DNA of 64,000 bases from Phoronis australis (Eukaryota; Animalia; Phoronida), in the NCBI GenBank assembly GCA_002633005.1, contig NMRA01000018.1, positions 645,131 through 709,130 of the forward strand. The letters are read 5' to 3'. The notes under the pieces are model-generated. The model did no database searches. It had not been told where the DNA came from and worked only from the letters and a program-made list of their open reading frames with translations. Of this stretch, positions 12,443-26,296 are shown one piece after another (the first letter of the stretch is position 1; every line of letters begins with the position of its first letter). A program made the position numbers and the translations under genes.

Positions 12443-13231
12443 GTAAGTTTTTATTACTTTGTTACGTTTTCCAGATCTGAAAATGTGGATATTCGTCAAT
12501 CATTGCCTCGGTCTGGGAATCAGCGCTGATTTAAAAAACACAGTCAAAAAGTCGCTATGCTGTTTGACCAAGACGTGAGGATATTTTCCATGTGCTCAGT
12601 GTTGTGCTTATGCTTCTATTGTCTTTCATATACGGGGCATTATGTTTGGCGAGTTCTTGAAAGAATTTTAAAACTTCGTTAAAGTCTGGTTCCAGCCACC
12701 TCACGAAATGTTTCGAAGCGTTGCGTATCTTGGAAACTGTTAAGGTTGATGTTCTGCCAAGCTTTATACTTTTCACTTACACAGAAAGAAGTATATGGGT
12801 GGGAGTTGATAGCTGTTTTGACACGAAATGTTCTTCCGGTGGAATCAGTCTTTTGGCCATTCGAATTACACCGTAATGGTGCATAAAATGACGAAGTAAC
12901 GAATTTTCACCGGCAACATTTAGTTATAGAGAAAGAATATAATTTGAAATAAACAGCTAATCATTAAAAATCTTATAGCTTTATCTCTTTATTACCTTAT
13001 CTAGAAAGTTTGATCGTTTGTTAGATGTCCTGCACCACTTTAAAAAAAGTAGATTAAGAACAATTTTGAATATGGGAATAAACTCGAAATCGCCATATAA
13101 GCAGCAATTCGTAATAAAATGAAACTCGCCCTCCATTGCAGTGATACCGAATCCTTGACAAAGCACAGTTTCTCGCGGTGACGCAACATGTTACGAAGAG
13201 GCAGCTTCACCTATCATTGACGGGCTTACAT

Positions 13232-15060
13232 TTATAATAATAATAATAATAATAATAACAATAATAATAATAATAAACTTTATTTAAAGACGATAAAAAT
13301 ACAATAAATGTAAAACATGCTTTAGCCAAAGGCTAATATCCAGCATGGTCCTCTGCAGCAAGAAATTAAATTAAATTAATTAAATTAAGTTAGATAAACA
13401 GATTAAATTCAGATACAATAAGATAATTAAATAAAATAGTATTTACAAATTGGATAAATAAATTGAATTAAGGATAAATAAATAAATAAAAAATTTTGGT
13501 AAATATATTGGAAAGACAAGAAGGAGGGACATCTGTGACGACCACAGGTAACTGATGAGGTGGTGTCTGAAATTATCATAACAATCAGCATCCTTAAGAT
13601 TATTAGGCAAATTGTTCCACTGCTTGATGGTCTGAATAAAGAAGGACTTAGAATAAAACGATGTTCTGTGTCTGGGCAAAACGAAATTGTTTGAGGCAGA
13701 AAATCTTGTCCTGATCTGGTGGCTATTTCGATCAAGTACGAGATTAGGAGATAGATAAGTCGGTACATTACCGTGAAAGCACCTATGCATCATACACAGA
13801 CGCCTATATATAAAACATTTGTCAATAGGGAGCCACCCCAGTCTATTAAACATATGAGTTGACGGAGTGTCAAAAGGCACACCTAGAACAAGTCTGGCCG
13901 CCTGCTTTTGAGCATTCAATAAAGAGGAAACTAATTTTGCATTGTATCCTGACCACACTGTACTACAATAAACGAACAGAGGGAAAACACAAGCGCTGAA
14001 ATATTGCAGACGCCCTTCTGTGGGAAGAAATGGTGATATACACCGGAGAAGACCAAGGCGCTGCCTAATTTTGGACACAGTCCCATTTATATGGCTAGAC
14101 CAGCTGAGGGTCTTGTATACAGTAACACCTAATAACTTTTCACTGTCAACATATTTGAGGCGTACATTGGAAATAGCAAGGTTAAGCTCAAGATTACTTC
14201 TACTATGCCGTTGCTCTGTGGCAATACTCGTACATTTTGTTTTTTCAGCATTAATTACCATTGTATTATCAGTACACCAGGTAACAACCTTATCCAGATC
14301 AGACTGGAGTCTGTCCTTTACAGCGATTAGCGAGTTTGCCACAGCAGACAAAGTAGTATCGCCTGCATACATGTCAACCGTGTTTTCGCAGACTAAAGAG
14401 AGATCATTTATAAAAAGTAAAAACAGCAGAGGTCCCAGGATGGATCCCTGGGGAACACCGTGTGTGATACCTCGGGACTCAGACAGATGTCCACCAAGGG
14501 ATACAACCTGGCACCTCTCTGAGAGATATGATTTAAACCAGTCTAGAGAGACCTTGCCCACCTTGTAAATTAACAATTTGCTTAGAAGTATATTGTGATC
14601 AACGAGATCAAAAGCTTTTTTAAAATCCAAAAATACTACATCAACGTTGTGACCACTATCTACACCTTGAGCCCAGCCGTTAACAATATTAATGAGGGAA
14701 GTTTCATAGGAGTGGTCACTTCTGAAACCTGACTGAGATGCAACTACTAAATCATGCTCAGTCAAAAAAATGAATAAAAGGTATTGTGAACATGCTTTTC
14801 CAACAATTTAGACAAGACCGGTAAAATTGAAATTGGTCTGTAATTGTTTACATTGTCAGTAGCACCGCCTTTGTGTAAAGAAATACTTTTGCAAGTTTCC
14901 ACAAACTAGGAAACTTGGAAGTTTTAATGCTATGGTTTAAAAGATAGGTGATGGATGGTGCCAGCTCCTCATGAGCTAGTTTCAAAACTTTGGAGCTGAC
15001 ATCATCTGTTCCAGTGGCGGCTTTATTAAGATTAAGACCATTTAAGAACTTATTTACAAA
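13232..15060 (-). mobile_element. 5'-truncated L2/CR1-group LINE (reverse transcriptase)
   Basis: ORF 13443-14765 has [39 protein letters not shown] and a mutated YAGD (YADD). A frameshifted NYRPISILPVLSK lies upstream. The 3' end has AATAAA plus a (TTA)n tail at about 13232-13276. Confidence 0.9.
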
Positions 15061-15169
15061 TAAATTTGCGTGATTGAACTCGCGTTTTTTATTTTACTAA
15101 GGCGTTGCTAGGGCTATCTGGTTAGCTCAATTCATCTAAAATAATAAAATTCCAGCTCGATGTAAGTTG

Positions 15170-17442
15170 AGTTAGTGTGATGGAGGTACGTGACGGAGGT
15201 ACGCTCTGAATTTTTAGTGCTAAATTGTTTGTTGTGTCTAGGATATGAATTCAGAATGATTCAAACTAGTTAGATTGGTCTTTTGCTACTGATTCAATTA
15301 AAATGTACTGATTGACTTTTTGCACGAAATCACAGGTAGGCCTATGCTAGGAATATACCATATGATTTAAGCTTTGAATACATAATATAAAACAACCCTC
15401 TACATTCTCCACCTCTCTTTGAAGATGGTAAGTAATATAGATGGTTATGAGAGTGATAATTATTTTGTATTTGACAGCTGTTTTTATGCGTTAAGTAGAA
15501 TACTAATTCAAAACTAATATAAATGTGAGCTTGTCAAAATATAAAACGTGAAATAAACTTTAAAACATTAAAAAGACATCGTTTTTTAAATTAGAACTCG
15601 CCCTAAGCCTGCACCAAGTTATTATCTGGACCATGTCGTTGGTGGTTCTGATGCATTCCCATGTAAGTAAAGTGTGATGTTTTAAAAGTAGTGATAACAA
15701 CACTTCAGTATCTTTTTAAAACAAAGTTTGAAACATGGTTCAGTTGACAGCATCGACTTTTGGCATTCAAATTTTGATTCAACTCACCCGTGCCGTCTTC
15801 CAGTGTGAAAACAAGACATTTTAAATTAATTGCATTTAGGATTTTGATTTAGGAATATCAGACGCTGGTCTCTATTTAGTGATTAAAATGATTAAGTTTT
15901 TGTCCAGCTCTTTAACTCATGCCTTCTTTTCAAATTTAAAGAAAGGCGTTAAATAACGTCACATCGCAGTACAAGCAAGTACAATTATGAATTTCTTGAT
16001 CCACAATGGCATTTTTCGAGTTTCAGAGAGTATTCCGGCAGATATTCATTCTTCTCCCAGTTGCATCTGTTCTTCCCATGGTCTCCAACAATTTTTCTCT
16101 TTCGTTTCTAAATGCCGGTATAATCTCCTCGAAGCTCAGCAGAAAAAATAATCTAATTCTTAAAAAAATTGCGGGATAAAAACATGCAAGATGAGACAAT
16201 GTATTCATTTGCTATGAAATCAATTCACTAGCCACCCAGTGAACCAAGACACTGAAAAACACAAAAACAATCACTACTGTCAGTGAGGGTGTGACAAAAC
16301 GCTAAATAAAATAGGTGAAATGTTGCTACCGCTTAAAATGCCCAGTATCGGCTTTTTCAACACAAAACACGGCATAGCAGCTCAGAACAGAAATAACACG
16401 CTGGTTGCAGCTCAACAGCAACTTGACATGTATTGCTTTAGGTCTCTTGTTATTTATACAGTTGAGCTCCTTAGGAATTCTTTTGTTAGAATATCTTTTG
16501 CATCTTGAATTTTTCCAAAAGCTAAGCATCTCTTTACAAACACGGGACACAGAAAAGCAATAAGCTCATTAAATTAATATTTTGTTTTTTGTACATTTCA
16601 TAATGTGGTACAACTATCTGATTTTAGTCACATTTTATACTAAGAATAACTAGATGATATTGTAAAGTATAACTTTTCTGCAAATACTTTTGAAATTGAA
16701 AAAGTCCAATGCATCGAGTTCAAATCTGTAGCAACTTCACTTAATTTTAAAGCTGCCTTTGTAATATTTAATCGTTTTAAGGTTCTTAGATGTTAGATGC
16801 ATTTTATCTTTTGCAAATTTAGAAATTGAAAATGTGACCTAAGTTTATTTTTATTGGCTGTAAAATTGTAATTTCATGGGTGTGACGGAAGTACGTGACG
16901 GACGTACAAATTTCCCGTACGTCTGTCACGCATTTTGTGACTTAACGATTAATCCCTGGGATCTAAAGTTTTGGTCAATAGTATTGTTAACAAGTTAAAA
17001 GAGAATCTGAAATTATTTTAGTTTTGATTCACAGGTTTTAACGTAATTAAACTTTTCAGCACTTTTTTGTGACGGACGTACGGCATAATGATATACAGTA
17101 GTTGACCATTAACCCCAAGAGTTTGATGATGTGCCAAAGTTGAAATGTTATTTTTATAAAGTTTGGGGTTGATATAATTGCACAAATTTGATAGTACAGT
17201 GAAACACCCATAATTAGCTTATTTATGATAATAATTAGCGACACACATGAAAATCGAGCTATTTTTTGGGGTCAAGTAACCCCCATACATTGGTCCATTT
17301 AGGAAATAAATTTAAAGTTATAGGACAATCAAATATGGATCCTGAAACTAAAGAGACTGGGCTTTCAGATGAGACCAGAAATGCTAGTATAGCCACAATT
17401 TTAGTTTTTTGTCTCGAGGTTGACATTTTCACGGAATTGCCC
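15170..17442. mobile_element. Probable non-autonomous DNA transposon remnant (Sola2-like terminus)
   Basis: The motif GTGACGGA(A/C/G)GTAC is repeated at about 15177-15203, 16882-16907 and 17069. The right end ...CACGGAATTGCCC reads GGGCAATTCC on the minus strand. The left terminus was not identified. Confidence 0.35.
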
Positions 17443-17671
17443 GTAACCAGTGCTAACCTACTTTAGCAGACGGTACTTTCATGGTCGAAGCGTAGCATGA
17501 TAATATGTGTAGTAAGCTAGCCTATTTGCTTAAAGCTTTTTATACTTTATAGATTCACTTTACTTCTATTTTGTTTAAATTTTCTCGACCTCCGACCCTG
17601 AGCCTCTGACATAGAAAGTAGAAATGTTTATCGTTCGGTATGTGGTGCAAATAAATTAATATATGTTCTCA

Positions 17672-17781
17672 GTCGTTATCCCCGTTATCTAGAGCCCTTG
17701 TGGATTTTGGAGAATTATCAACGCCCCTCGGGGGATAATTTTCCAAAATCAAAGAGGGCTCTAGATCACGGGGGATGGCGA
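17672..17781. repeat. About 110-bp imperfect palindrome (MITE core)
   Basis: ATCTAGAGCCCT...GATTTTGGAGAATTATC pairs with GATAATTTTCCAAAATC...AGGGCTCTAGAT. Confidence 0.7.
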
Positions 17782-20700
17782 CATTGCCATGTCGACTTCG
17801 TCTTCGGTTACAAGATTCATCTAAAATCTACATTATTGTCAAAATACCATTCGCAATGGCTGTCACATCAATTTGAGCGGCCAATTCTACGAAATTAAAA
17901 TTTAATGAAGTAACAAGGTATTCTTTCCATTGATCTGCAGTTATATAATTTTTGGCGGCGTTTTTCAATTTATTGTGCTTTTAATAATTTCTCATCACTT
18001 GTTTGTGTCCTTACAAATTTGTTTAGTTTTTGCTAACAGGTATTCTACATATATCTTGAGCATTTTTGCAGTGTTCTTGAAATCCCTCTTTTATCCTCTG
18101 TATTTGTCTATATGTTATACAAAAACAATATAGTTCAGTGATCTCTATAAATGTGCACACAGATTGCATGAAAATAATAGGTTATTCTGACAGCGTTTAT
18201 CATGCAGTATGAGACTAATACATGACAATGATCAAAGTATGTACTTTCTATGACTAACACGATTGGAGAAATTGGCGGTATATTTGCGGTTGACTTGTCA
18301 AAGAACTATCCAATGTTATGCAGTCAGTGTTTCTGATGTTACTACAGTTGTCACAACTGCACATTTCTATACAGTTTGACCCTGCATTGCAGCACAAACT
18401 CAGTTTCTATGCACCCGTGTTCTTGTTGCACTTGCAGTGTACATCGTTTAGTGCTGTCAATGGAGCGGTGGGTATTGCCATACATTTTAACTGCAAAGCT
18501 TCATAATGTGTACAAAATTGAAAAGTTTTTACCATTAGTATTAAAAAGCCTTTCTTATGAAAGGAAATGTTAAATGCCACTCAGTGAGAAAGGACAGGTA
18601 TTTATACCATATGCTTTTGGTTTTCATTTCACTGGGATCGAGTTTCAATGGACTATAGAAGCGCTTGTAATAAGGTCCAGTTTGGGCGCGTGGCTTTCCT
18701 TCGTGTAGCCTTATTCAGCTTCAATAACGTCCACAGTTAGATCCTTGAAGATAAACACAACATCATATCATTTGACTCGCTTTTTGCCTAAATCTGACCC
18801 TGAACTAGACTAGAGTGTTGCTAGGTCTTGTTTAGCTTCAGTCCCTCATGTTTCTTCCAGGAAAGGAAATAAGCCATTGTTGTCCACACACGACTCATTG
18901 TCTATATTGCCTATGAAAGGGCATCCTCACCAACGAGGGTGACTGGTGTAGCAGTCAGATATAAGTCCTCTTCACACACAAAAAATCCACGTTTTATTAT
19001 GGTAACTTAGTACTGCGATTCACATTTCTCCAGGGCCACTGGCTTTTAGATTGTGCCATGCAGCACTGCAGGTGTGTGGACGAAATGCAGTGGGAAGAGA
19101 AAGAAGCAACAAAGCTTGTCTATGTTGCGGCTTGAAGTCGCCTTAAAAATCTCACTGAACCTGGCACAAATATTGAAACATGAATAATTAAGTACGTCAT
19201 GTTGGGTCAAAAATGTTGCCCTTGTTTTTCAAAATTATGATATGGTGACTGCTTTACAATTAAATAACTGCTTTTCCAGAAAGCAAGGGTGTACATAATA
19301 TAATAGATATTGATTTGTATAGAACTTTGTTTTTGTTTTTCAGTACCATCCGCCATGACAATTCTTTAACGCATCACTTGTCTGCAAAATATGAAAATTA
19401 CTTGCAACAACTTCAAACCATTGTTACCCATTTTCAAGCCTTTTGATTTTTGATATTTTCAGCAATTTTAAACACCGATTACAGACGGGTCTGTCAAGCA
19501 CACTTCTGGTCTAAGGCTGAGGTAACCGTGTCTCAGAACGTCATGAAGGTTACGAATTACCTCACCATGCTCTTTTCACAGGACACTATTACCCGTTATT
19601 TCCACACATTCAGTTGCACCAATTTTACAACCCCAACCCCCTATGCCCGTTGAACCTCCGACTAAGGACCACAATAAGTAAATTGACAAAACAACTTACA
19701 TACCTTTCTATAAAAATAGCTGTCCCTTTTCAAAGGCATATCTCCTCTGCACGGCACTAGCCATCAAACCTAAAAACCAAAGGTCAGGTGAGAACAGGCA
19801 TGACATATTTCCATGTCAATGTGTAATAGACTTCCAGACGACATAGGATAGGGAGTAAACAAATAATTTAATGGATATTTGTCACGTACCCTTTGGGCTT
19901 GGATTATAATCTTACTTCACTAACCAATGTCGAGTTGACAACATAAATAATCAGCATTGATTGATGTAACTGTCACTGATAAACCTGTTAGAAATCATTC
20001 CAGTCATTAATAATACTGCTTTGATGTACGAAAAAATCCCGAGTGCTACATGTACATGTACTGGGAAAGCTGCAGAGCGTTCAAGGCGTCAGATGAATTG
20101 CTGCACTAACTTGATTTCTCCTAAGGATGTTTAAAGCCTAGTTAAAATTGCCGTTAAAAAGTTTTAACCTTAACAGTCTTCAGCCCAATTGTCAACGCTT
20201 ACTGTAAGTTGTCATTTACGGGACGTGACATGTGACGTGTTAGATGTCAGGCACTACTGTATAGCAAATGTAAAAATGTTGAATGCAAACTTTTGGATTT
20301 ACCTGAGTGTACATGTACATGTACATGTGAGTTGTGTTACAAATGTCTCCACGTGCCTTCTTGCATCACAGACGGTTGAATTGTAATCTGTTGTCATTTT
20401 TATTACGTATTCAGTTACATCAACTCATACAGGTGACAACAAATAGCCTTAAATATGTATACTATCCGTCATTATTTCATTCCAGTTTTTCCTGAAGTGT
20501 TGGTGGTCAGAAATAATAGCCAACGTCACAATATCACTTGCCCCTCACTTACGGGACATTTTGTGTCATTTACGAGACGTCTTTAAATTCACTCAAGGAT
20601 TTTTTTGTCATCCCGTTATCGGATATTGGATACCAGTTTTTGAATGATCGATAGTCGCTAATGAAGATTAAAACAAGTGCAAACACCACTGCACCTGTTT

Positions 20701-22287
20701 TTATAAAACACAGTTATAAACAAACGACGTGTTTTAAAAAAGTAAAAATTTAGTTCAAAAGTTAAATTTTATATTTCCATGAAAAATACACAAGAAAGTA
20801 GAAAATACTAAGAGCTATTTTCTCGATTTTAACAAGCATGCTGATTAATGAAATTGCACAATGAGATTGTTCGTTGTCAATGATAACAAACAACAAACTA
20901 GACCGAAAATTAACCCAATGAACGCGTTTTTCTGTTTTCAAATAAATTATCCAGTTGCTCTAATACAACAACAAAATAACTCTATAACTGCACTTGCTGA
21001 GCTGAGGAACTTGTTCAAAACTTATCATTCATACGTTAAACTAAGAAAAAATAATACGTTAGCTCCAGATGAAGATACTAAAAATCGAGTGTCTCAGGTG
21101 TCGAATTCACGCGATTCATTGAGAATGGCTCTACAGTAGATGAGTGTTAGGAACACAATAATTGCAAATTTCGTAAGAAGCCCCACCATTTCTCAATGAT
21201 TTAGTAAATCTTCATCTAAGTTATTCTGAAAGTAGCTTTAGTTATTCCGAGTCATATTAAAACAGTTGCTTACTTACTAAAGTAATTTTATTTTCTGCTG
21301 TTGACACATTTTTTAAAATGGCCACTTCTAACTCTGAAAATGCATAAAATTCAGAGACAAAATGCATAAATTTCTCAAACTTGATCCGATATTGATAATT
21401 CTTATTTTTATTTGTACAGCTAAATAACCCTTTGTGTATGACATTCAGTTGGTATTTGACAAGTGACCAGAAAATTTTAGTTTAGCCGTAACACAGTCGT
21501 CTCTCGAATATGGACAGTGATGGTGAATTACCCGATAATCAAAAGTTGATTTCTTGTCTTTTGCCGTTGTCAAACCATTTTGTCTTCTGTATATTCGCTC
21601 GAATAGATAATGTATTAATATCTTTTGACTTCCAGTTGTAGACAGATTGTCTTGCTCACCTTTAGCCTGATTTTCGTGAAATAATTGACGTCAACCATTG
21701 AAATTCTATAAAAAAGCACACACACTCTTCGAGAAATAGGCTCCAGCTGTGCCTGACCTGCTTTTGGGAAAAAAGTGTGAGGTAGCGACAAAATGTCTGA
21801 CCACGTATACATGTCCAGGATCTCTTGCCGTAAGCAAACTTCAAGTTTAAAAAATAACTAGCATGGCAAAACAATGCCCCAAACTCACTACTATTCACTT
21901 TGTCTGTCACTCTGCAGATTGGGTATTCTTAAATTTTGAAGCAGTACTATGTTTCGATCTGCGGTCACCAAAAGATCCTTTCCAACACCATGTAACAAAG
22001 GTTGAATCACCCCCATCACAACATAACGAATTGATACTCATTGGGTTCATTTTTTACCAACAACGGTTTGTCTTTTCTTCCTAAAACTAAAAATCAATTT
22101 ATCAGTTAAAATCCCTACAAATTTTGACCAATCGATGAACTGTAACTGAACCAATTCAACTTTTTGTTCTCGAAAGTCGTTGATGGTGGACAGTTTCTAA
22201 ATTCTTACTTGTCTGTGACAGGTGATACTGGTGCCCTCATGCACGCTGATATTTTCAGAGTTAAAATCTGATACATTTAACTTTTAG

Positions 22288-22443
22288 CTGTGTCAAGAAC
22301 TTCATGGGCGAGGTCAGCATGCTTCGACCTTGATGATAATTGTTCACATTTAGTGGAAAATGGGTGGTGTGGTTTGGAAATGAAGTATATGATCTTCAAC
22401 TGCTCACTCTCCTGTGGTTTTTGCAAAGGAAACGTCGACGATG
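22288..22443 (+). CDS. ShKT (ShK toxin-like) domain exon of the DUF229 gene
   Basis: Acceptor tttaacttttag|CT and donor G|gtaagt define a 156-nt phase 1-1 exon. It encodes VSRTSWARSA-CFDLDDNCSHLVENGWCGLEMKYMIFNCSLSCGFC-KGNVDD, with the six-Cys ShKT spacing (CxD...C...GxC...M...CxxSCxxC). Confidence 0.85.
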
Positions 22444-22948
22444 GTAAGTAGTTAAAATGATAGTAGTTTCGTCTCGTTCTACTGCATGGTTAGTAGTTCC
22501 TAAGAGATTTAAATGCTTAGTTGTATTCAATATCCTTTAATTGGCCTGAAACATGGTTTGGTACCCTCTTTTTAAATGCAAAAGCGAACCAATGAATAGG
22601 CCTTCTTCCGTCAAACGCAGTTAGGCCACGTCTACCGTTGTTATCGTTGCGAAATCCTAAGCCGATGTGGCAGAATTTCCAGGCGATATTACTGCAGATA
22701 CATGTACGGTGTGTTTTTGATCATATTCCCCCTAAACCATTACCAAATGCAGTCGAAAGATCAAAGTGTGTTTGGGGGTACAAACGGCTACATGTATATC
22801 CACGTTACTAAGGTTTCATATCAGCCCAATTCATGCATGTACGTTACGCCATCAGATTAAGACCACAGGCACCTTTAATCAGCCCTCGACAATATATAAA
22901 TAAAGAAAAAGTTATACAACTGCTTTCCAATATGGCCACCCGCCTTGC

Positions 22949-23670
22949 ACTTCCGGAATGACTCAAAGCATGTCAAATCTAGGAGTAATTTAAGTCACAC
23001 ATTTTATCTGCGACAGCAACACGTTCACTAGTTACATTTGTTGACATCAGAACCAATAAATATCATAAATACCTGCAGATTTTCCTAATTCAATCGGTAA
23101 CATTCACTTTAAAGTATGGTGCCAGAGATGATCCATTGGCGACAACTAATGCGCATACTCATAAAACCGCTCACAATATCACCAGAACGCTTAACTCAAC
23201 TAAAAAGCAACAGCTAGAGGCAGAGTAAACTGGTGGAGCAGCTCACACTACAATGTTATTGTTTACTCTCTAATCCACTACAATAACCAACTACAGCAAT
23301 TAATGCACATGCAAGCATAATGATTTGACAAATGGAAGGAAATTGGAAGACACCCTTCTAATGTTGAGCTATTTTTCTTGTACCCACTCAGCGTTCTCCT
23401 GGAGTAGTATCGGGATAATGTTGCTCCTTTAGTTGATGTAAACATTATGATAATGTTGTGAGCGGCCTTATGACCATGCGCATTAGTTGACGCCAATGGC
23501 TCATCTCGGGTACTACGCTTTGCCGTGATTGTTGCCGATTGAATTAGGAAAATCTTTAGGTATTTATGGTATTTATTGGTTTCGATGTCAACAAAAGTAA
23601 ACAGTAAACTTGTTGCAGTCGCAGATAAAATGTAACTTCAATTACTCCCAAATTTTTTAATCCGGAAGTG
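22949..23670. mobile_element. Foldback-type MITE with about 260-bp inverted arms
   Basis: CACTTCCGGA...CATTTTATCTGCGAC...GATTTTCCTAATTCAATCGG...CAACTAATGCGCAT (22949-23212) pairs with 23418-23670 (...TCCGGAAGTG). Confidence 0.8.
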
Positions 23671-23778
23671 CCTACAAACGACCGCACGTGGTCTGAAATT
23701 GATATGCAGCCTTCTTACGTTTCCTTTGAATTTTTACATGCCAAAATTAATTTTTTATATCATTGAGAAAATGTTTAC

Positions 23779-24120
23779 AGGGCTCGACATAACGAGCTGC
23801 AGCTCACATTTGCGACCTGAAATGCGAGCTGAGATTTTTGTCAGCTCATATCAAGTCGCAAAATGCGACCTGGAATTTCCAAGGAATGCGAGCTGAGTTT
23901 TTACACTTCTCGACAGATACCTGGCAAATGTAAAGCAACTCTTGTAAATCCGACCGTTATTTGGTTGTTGCCAAATCCAAGTTCAAACGAACACTAACCG
24001 AGAACAGCCCCCCGATGACATGTAAGCAAGTCGTATAAACGAGATGTGAAGAATCGATCTTTGACGCGTTTCATTGGCTAACATTTTCGGCCAATTTTGC
24101 AAATTTCCGGATTAGCCGAA
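23779..24120 (+). mobile_element. hAT-like element terminus, inverted relative to 39060-39404
   Basis: Begins CAGGGCTCGACATAACGAGC. About 340 bp align to the reverse complement of 39060-39404, and about 185 bp to 262-453. Confidence 0.7.
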
Positions 24121-24144
24121 GATGTTATAAGGATCCAAGAAGTA

Positions 24145-25546
24145 CAGTACAGCCATTGAATTATTAGACTCTCTCCGGTGTCTCTCCGGTCTAGCAACCC
24201 GCGACCGTAACCGGAGACAGACTGGAGAGTGCGACGTGAATCAACCGTGACAGCTGGCGTGAGCCTAAGCGTGAATGTACCCGGAGCTTACCGGGAGTTA
24301 AGCGTGAACGAAGCGCAAGCCAGCCGTGAGCCAGGCGTGAGTTTACCTGCATCGCAGATGAAAAAGTAATTTATTAAAATTGTATCAGTAACTAGCAGTG
24401 ATGTGTGTATTCTCATAGACTTTTGCTCATGTGAGGTTTATTTTTTTGAAATCGTCACGGTCAGCAAAAGACCAAAATTTCCTTCTCAAATCTTAAGCCA
24501 CTTCAGGAAACAGACCTGTGGACTCACTTATATATAATTATCTGTTTTTATATAAACTAAAAAAGAATCTTAACATGCGTGTACATGGCGGAAATATTCA
24601 ATTGCCTTCACGATATGAAGGAGCATAGCATGTCAATTCTGAGCACATTGATCCCAAGTTCCGGCTTTATGCGGAGAAAACTGATCGTGCCCATGCATTT
24701 GACGAGTCAAAGAGATCACTGCTATTATTATTTTAGTGAAGAAGTACCCCGGGGATACTGTGAACTCAGTCGAAACGCATGTACTACGGGGAGGGGGCTA
24801 CAAATATTTAAACTGCACTACGGATTGAGGACTTTTCAGTCAAAACATTTGCTTGCAGTAAAGGATGGGTATGTCAGAATGGCGGCCTATTGAAATTTTC
24901 TGTACGCCAGTGCGGTGCAAAAATTTACGGAGTAACATAATACTTCACAAGATGCGTACTAGGCTATTTTTAGGGCAAATTAACTATATCCAGCTGTGAC
25001 AAGTTTCAAGGAGTCCACAGCCATGTAAAGACGACTCTGGCCACAGGGTCGCGTATATTCGGATTTACTACTCGTGGTTACTGTACATGTATGTCGTTGA
25101 TGGGACTAGCTCTTAAGTCGTAAATAGAAAATGTGCATGTAAACGTAACACAAGATGAGCTGAAGGAAGACGTTTGTATGAACAACACGTGGAATTACAA
25201 AGATAGTCGGAACCCAAGTGTGATAGATGACTACTTGCAAAGATACTCTATAATATACTATAATGTCTTTGCAACTTGTCCGAAACGACAGACAATCAAG
25301 ACGTTACATGTATTTTTATTGATTAGCCCGGTGCCCTACCATGGTTACCACAGGTACCGAAGGCATGAAGAAAGCCTGAGGAAAACGTGAACTAAATCGG
25401 ACGTACATGTAAGTGTGAGGACTACCCGGAGAGTAGGCGTGAGGCGACCGTGACTGATTTCTGTCACGCCTGCGTTCCGGTTGCGCTCCGGTCTGGCCAG
25501 GCGTGAGGTAACCCGGACGAAGTCTAAAAATTCAGTGGCTGTACTG
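24145..25546. mobile_element. Tc1/mariner-superfamily non-autonomous element (1402 bp) with TA TSD
   Basis: ta|CAGTACAGCCATTGAATTATTAGACT ... AGTCTAAAAATTCAGTGGCTGTACTG|ta, with subterminal GCGTGA/CCGG repeats at both ends. Confidence 0.85.
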
Positions 25547-26102
25547 TATCTACCCCATAACTAATACACAGTCAGTAATCGAATAAAGCCACTCACGATT
25601 CGCACCGTCATTTTGAACTTACCGCGAACCCGGAAGTACAATTCATTCAGGAACCCAGTCTAAGAAAACGCCGTCAGTGCGACTTGAGCAGTGCCCGTTA
25701 CCAGCCTGCAAACGGGGACAAAATAATCGACAGCGTGCCTTAATTTTAATGAAATCAAAATACGGAAATTTTATCGAATTTGCTGAAGAAATGTGGCGTA
25801 TAAATTTTGACAGAAATTATTTTGCCAGACTCGGGACCGCAGCCTGTCGGACCCGGTGCGGATCGAGACCAGACACTGGCACACGCTAAAGGCGGTTGCA
25901 AGCTGTTTTGTCGAAGTAAAATGTTCAATGCCGTATATATTCAAAGTTGTTTCAGACACTTGCATAAAATTACGGGCTGGTTACTCCTGTGTCACACTGC
26001 CGCGGCAGCCCTTAGCTCTCAGTGCCAGCTACCAGTGAAGACTATCGTCAAAATACAGCTTGTTAGTAGACCTAGACAGCTTTGCGCCAGGGCTACCCTT
26101 AG

Positions 26103-26296
26103 CAGGGGCGTATCTAGGATTTTGAATTAGGGGCGGGGGGGCAGGGCACAGGATACACCAGAATTTCGGCAGATGCGCGAGCCCAGCCTAAAATGTGTAG
26201 GGATGCAGGAGGTCTCGAATTTTTGGGTTTGCGGACCTTTTGACTAAAAAAAGGTAAACGGCNCCCCTTGCCCCCCCCCCCCTAAATCCACCACTG
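26103..26296. mobile_element. Short GC-rich hAT-like MITE
   Basis: CAGGGGCGTATCTAGG...G-run / C-run...CCTAAATCCACCACTG. A related fragment lies at about 53419-53500. Confidence 0.5.

Noticed and set aside
14020-14568. 182-aa plus-strand ORF
   Set aside because: Antisense shadow of the L2/CR1 reverse transcriptase.
18600-21520. Possible additional exons or a transposase in intron 2
   Set aside because: No open frame with credible splice sites or recognisable motifs was found. It is probably old repeat sequence, but I cannot support a call.
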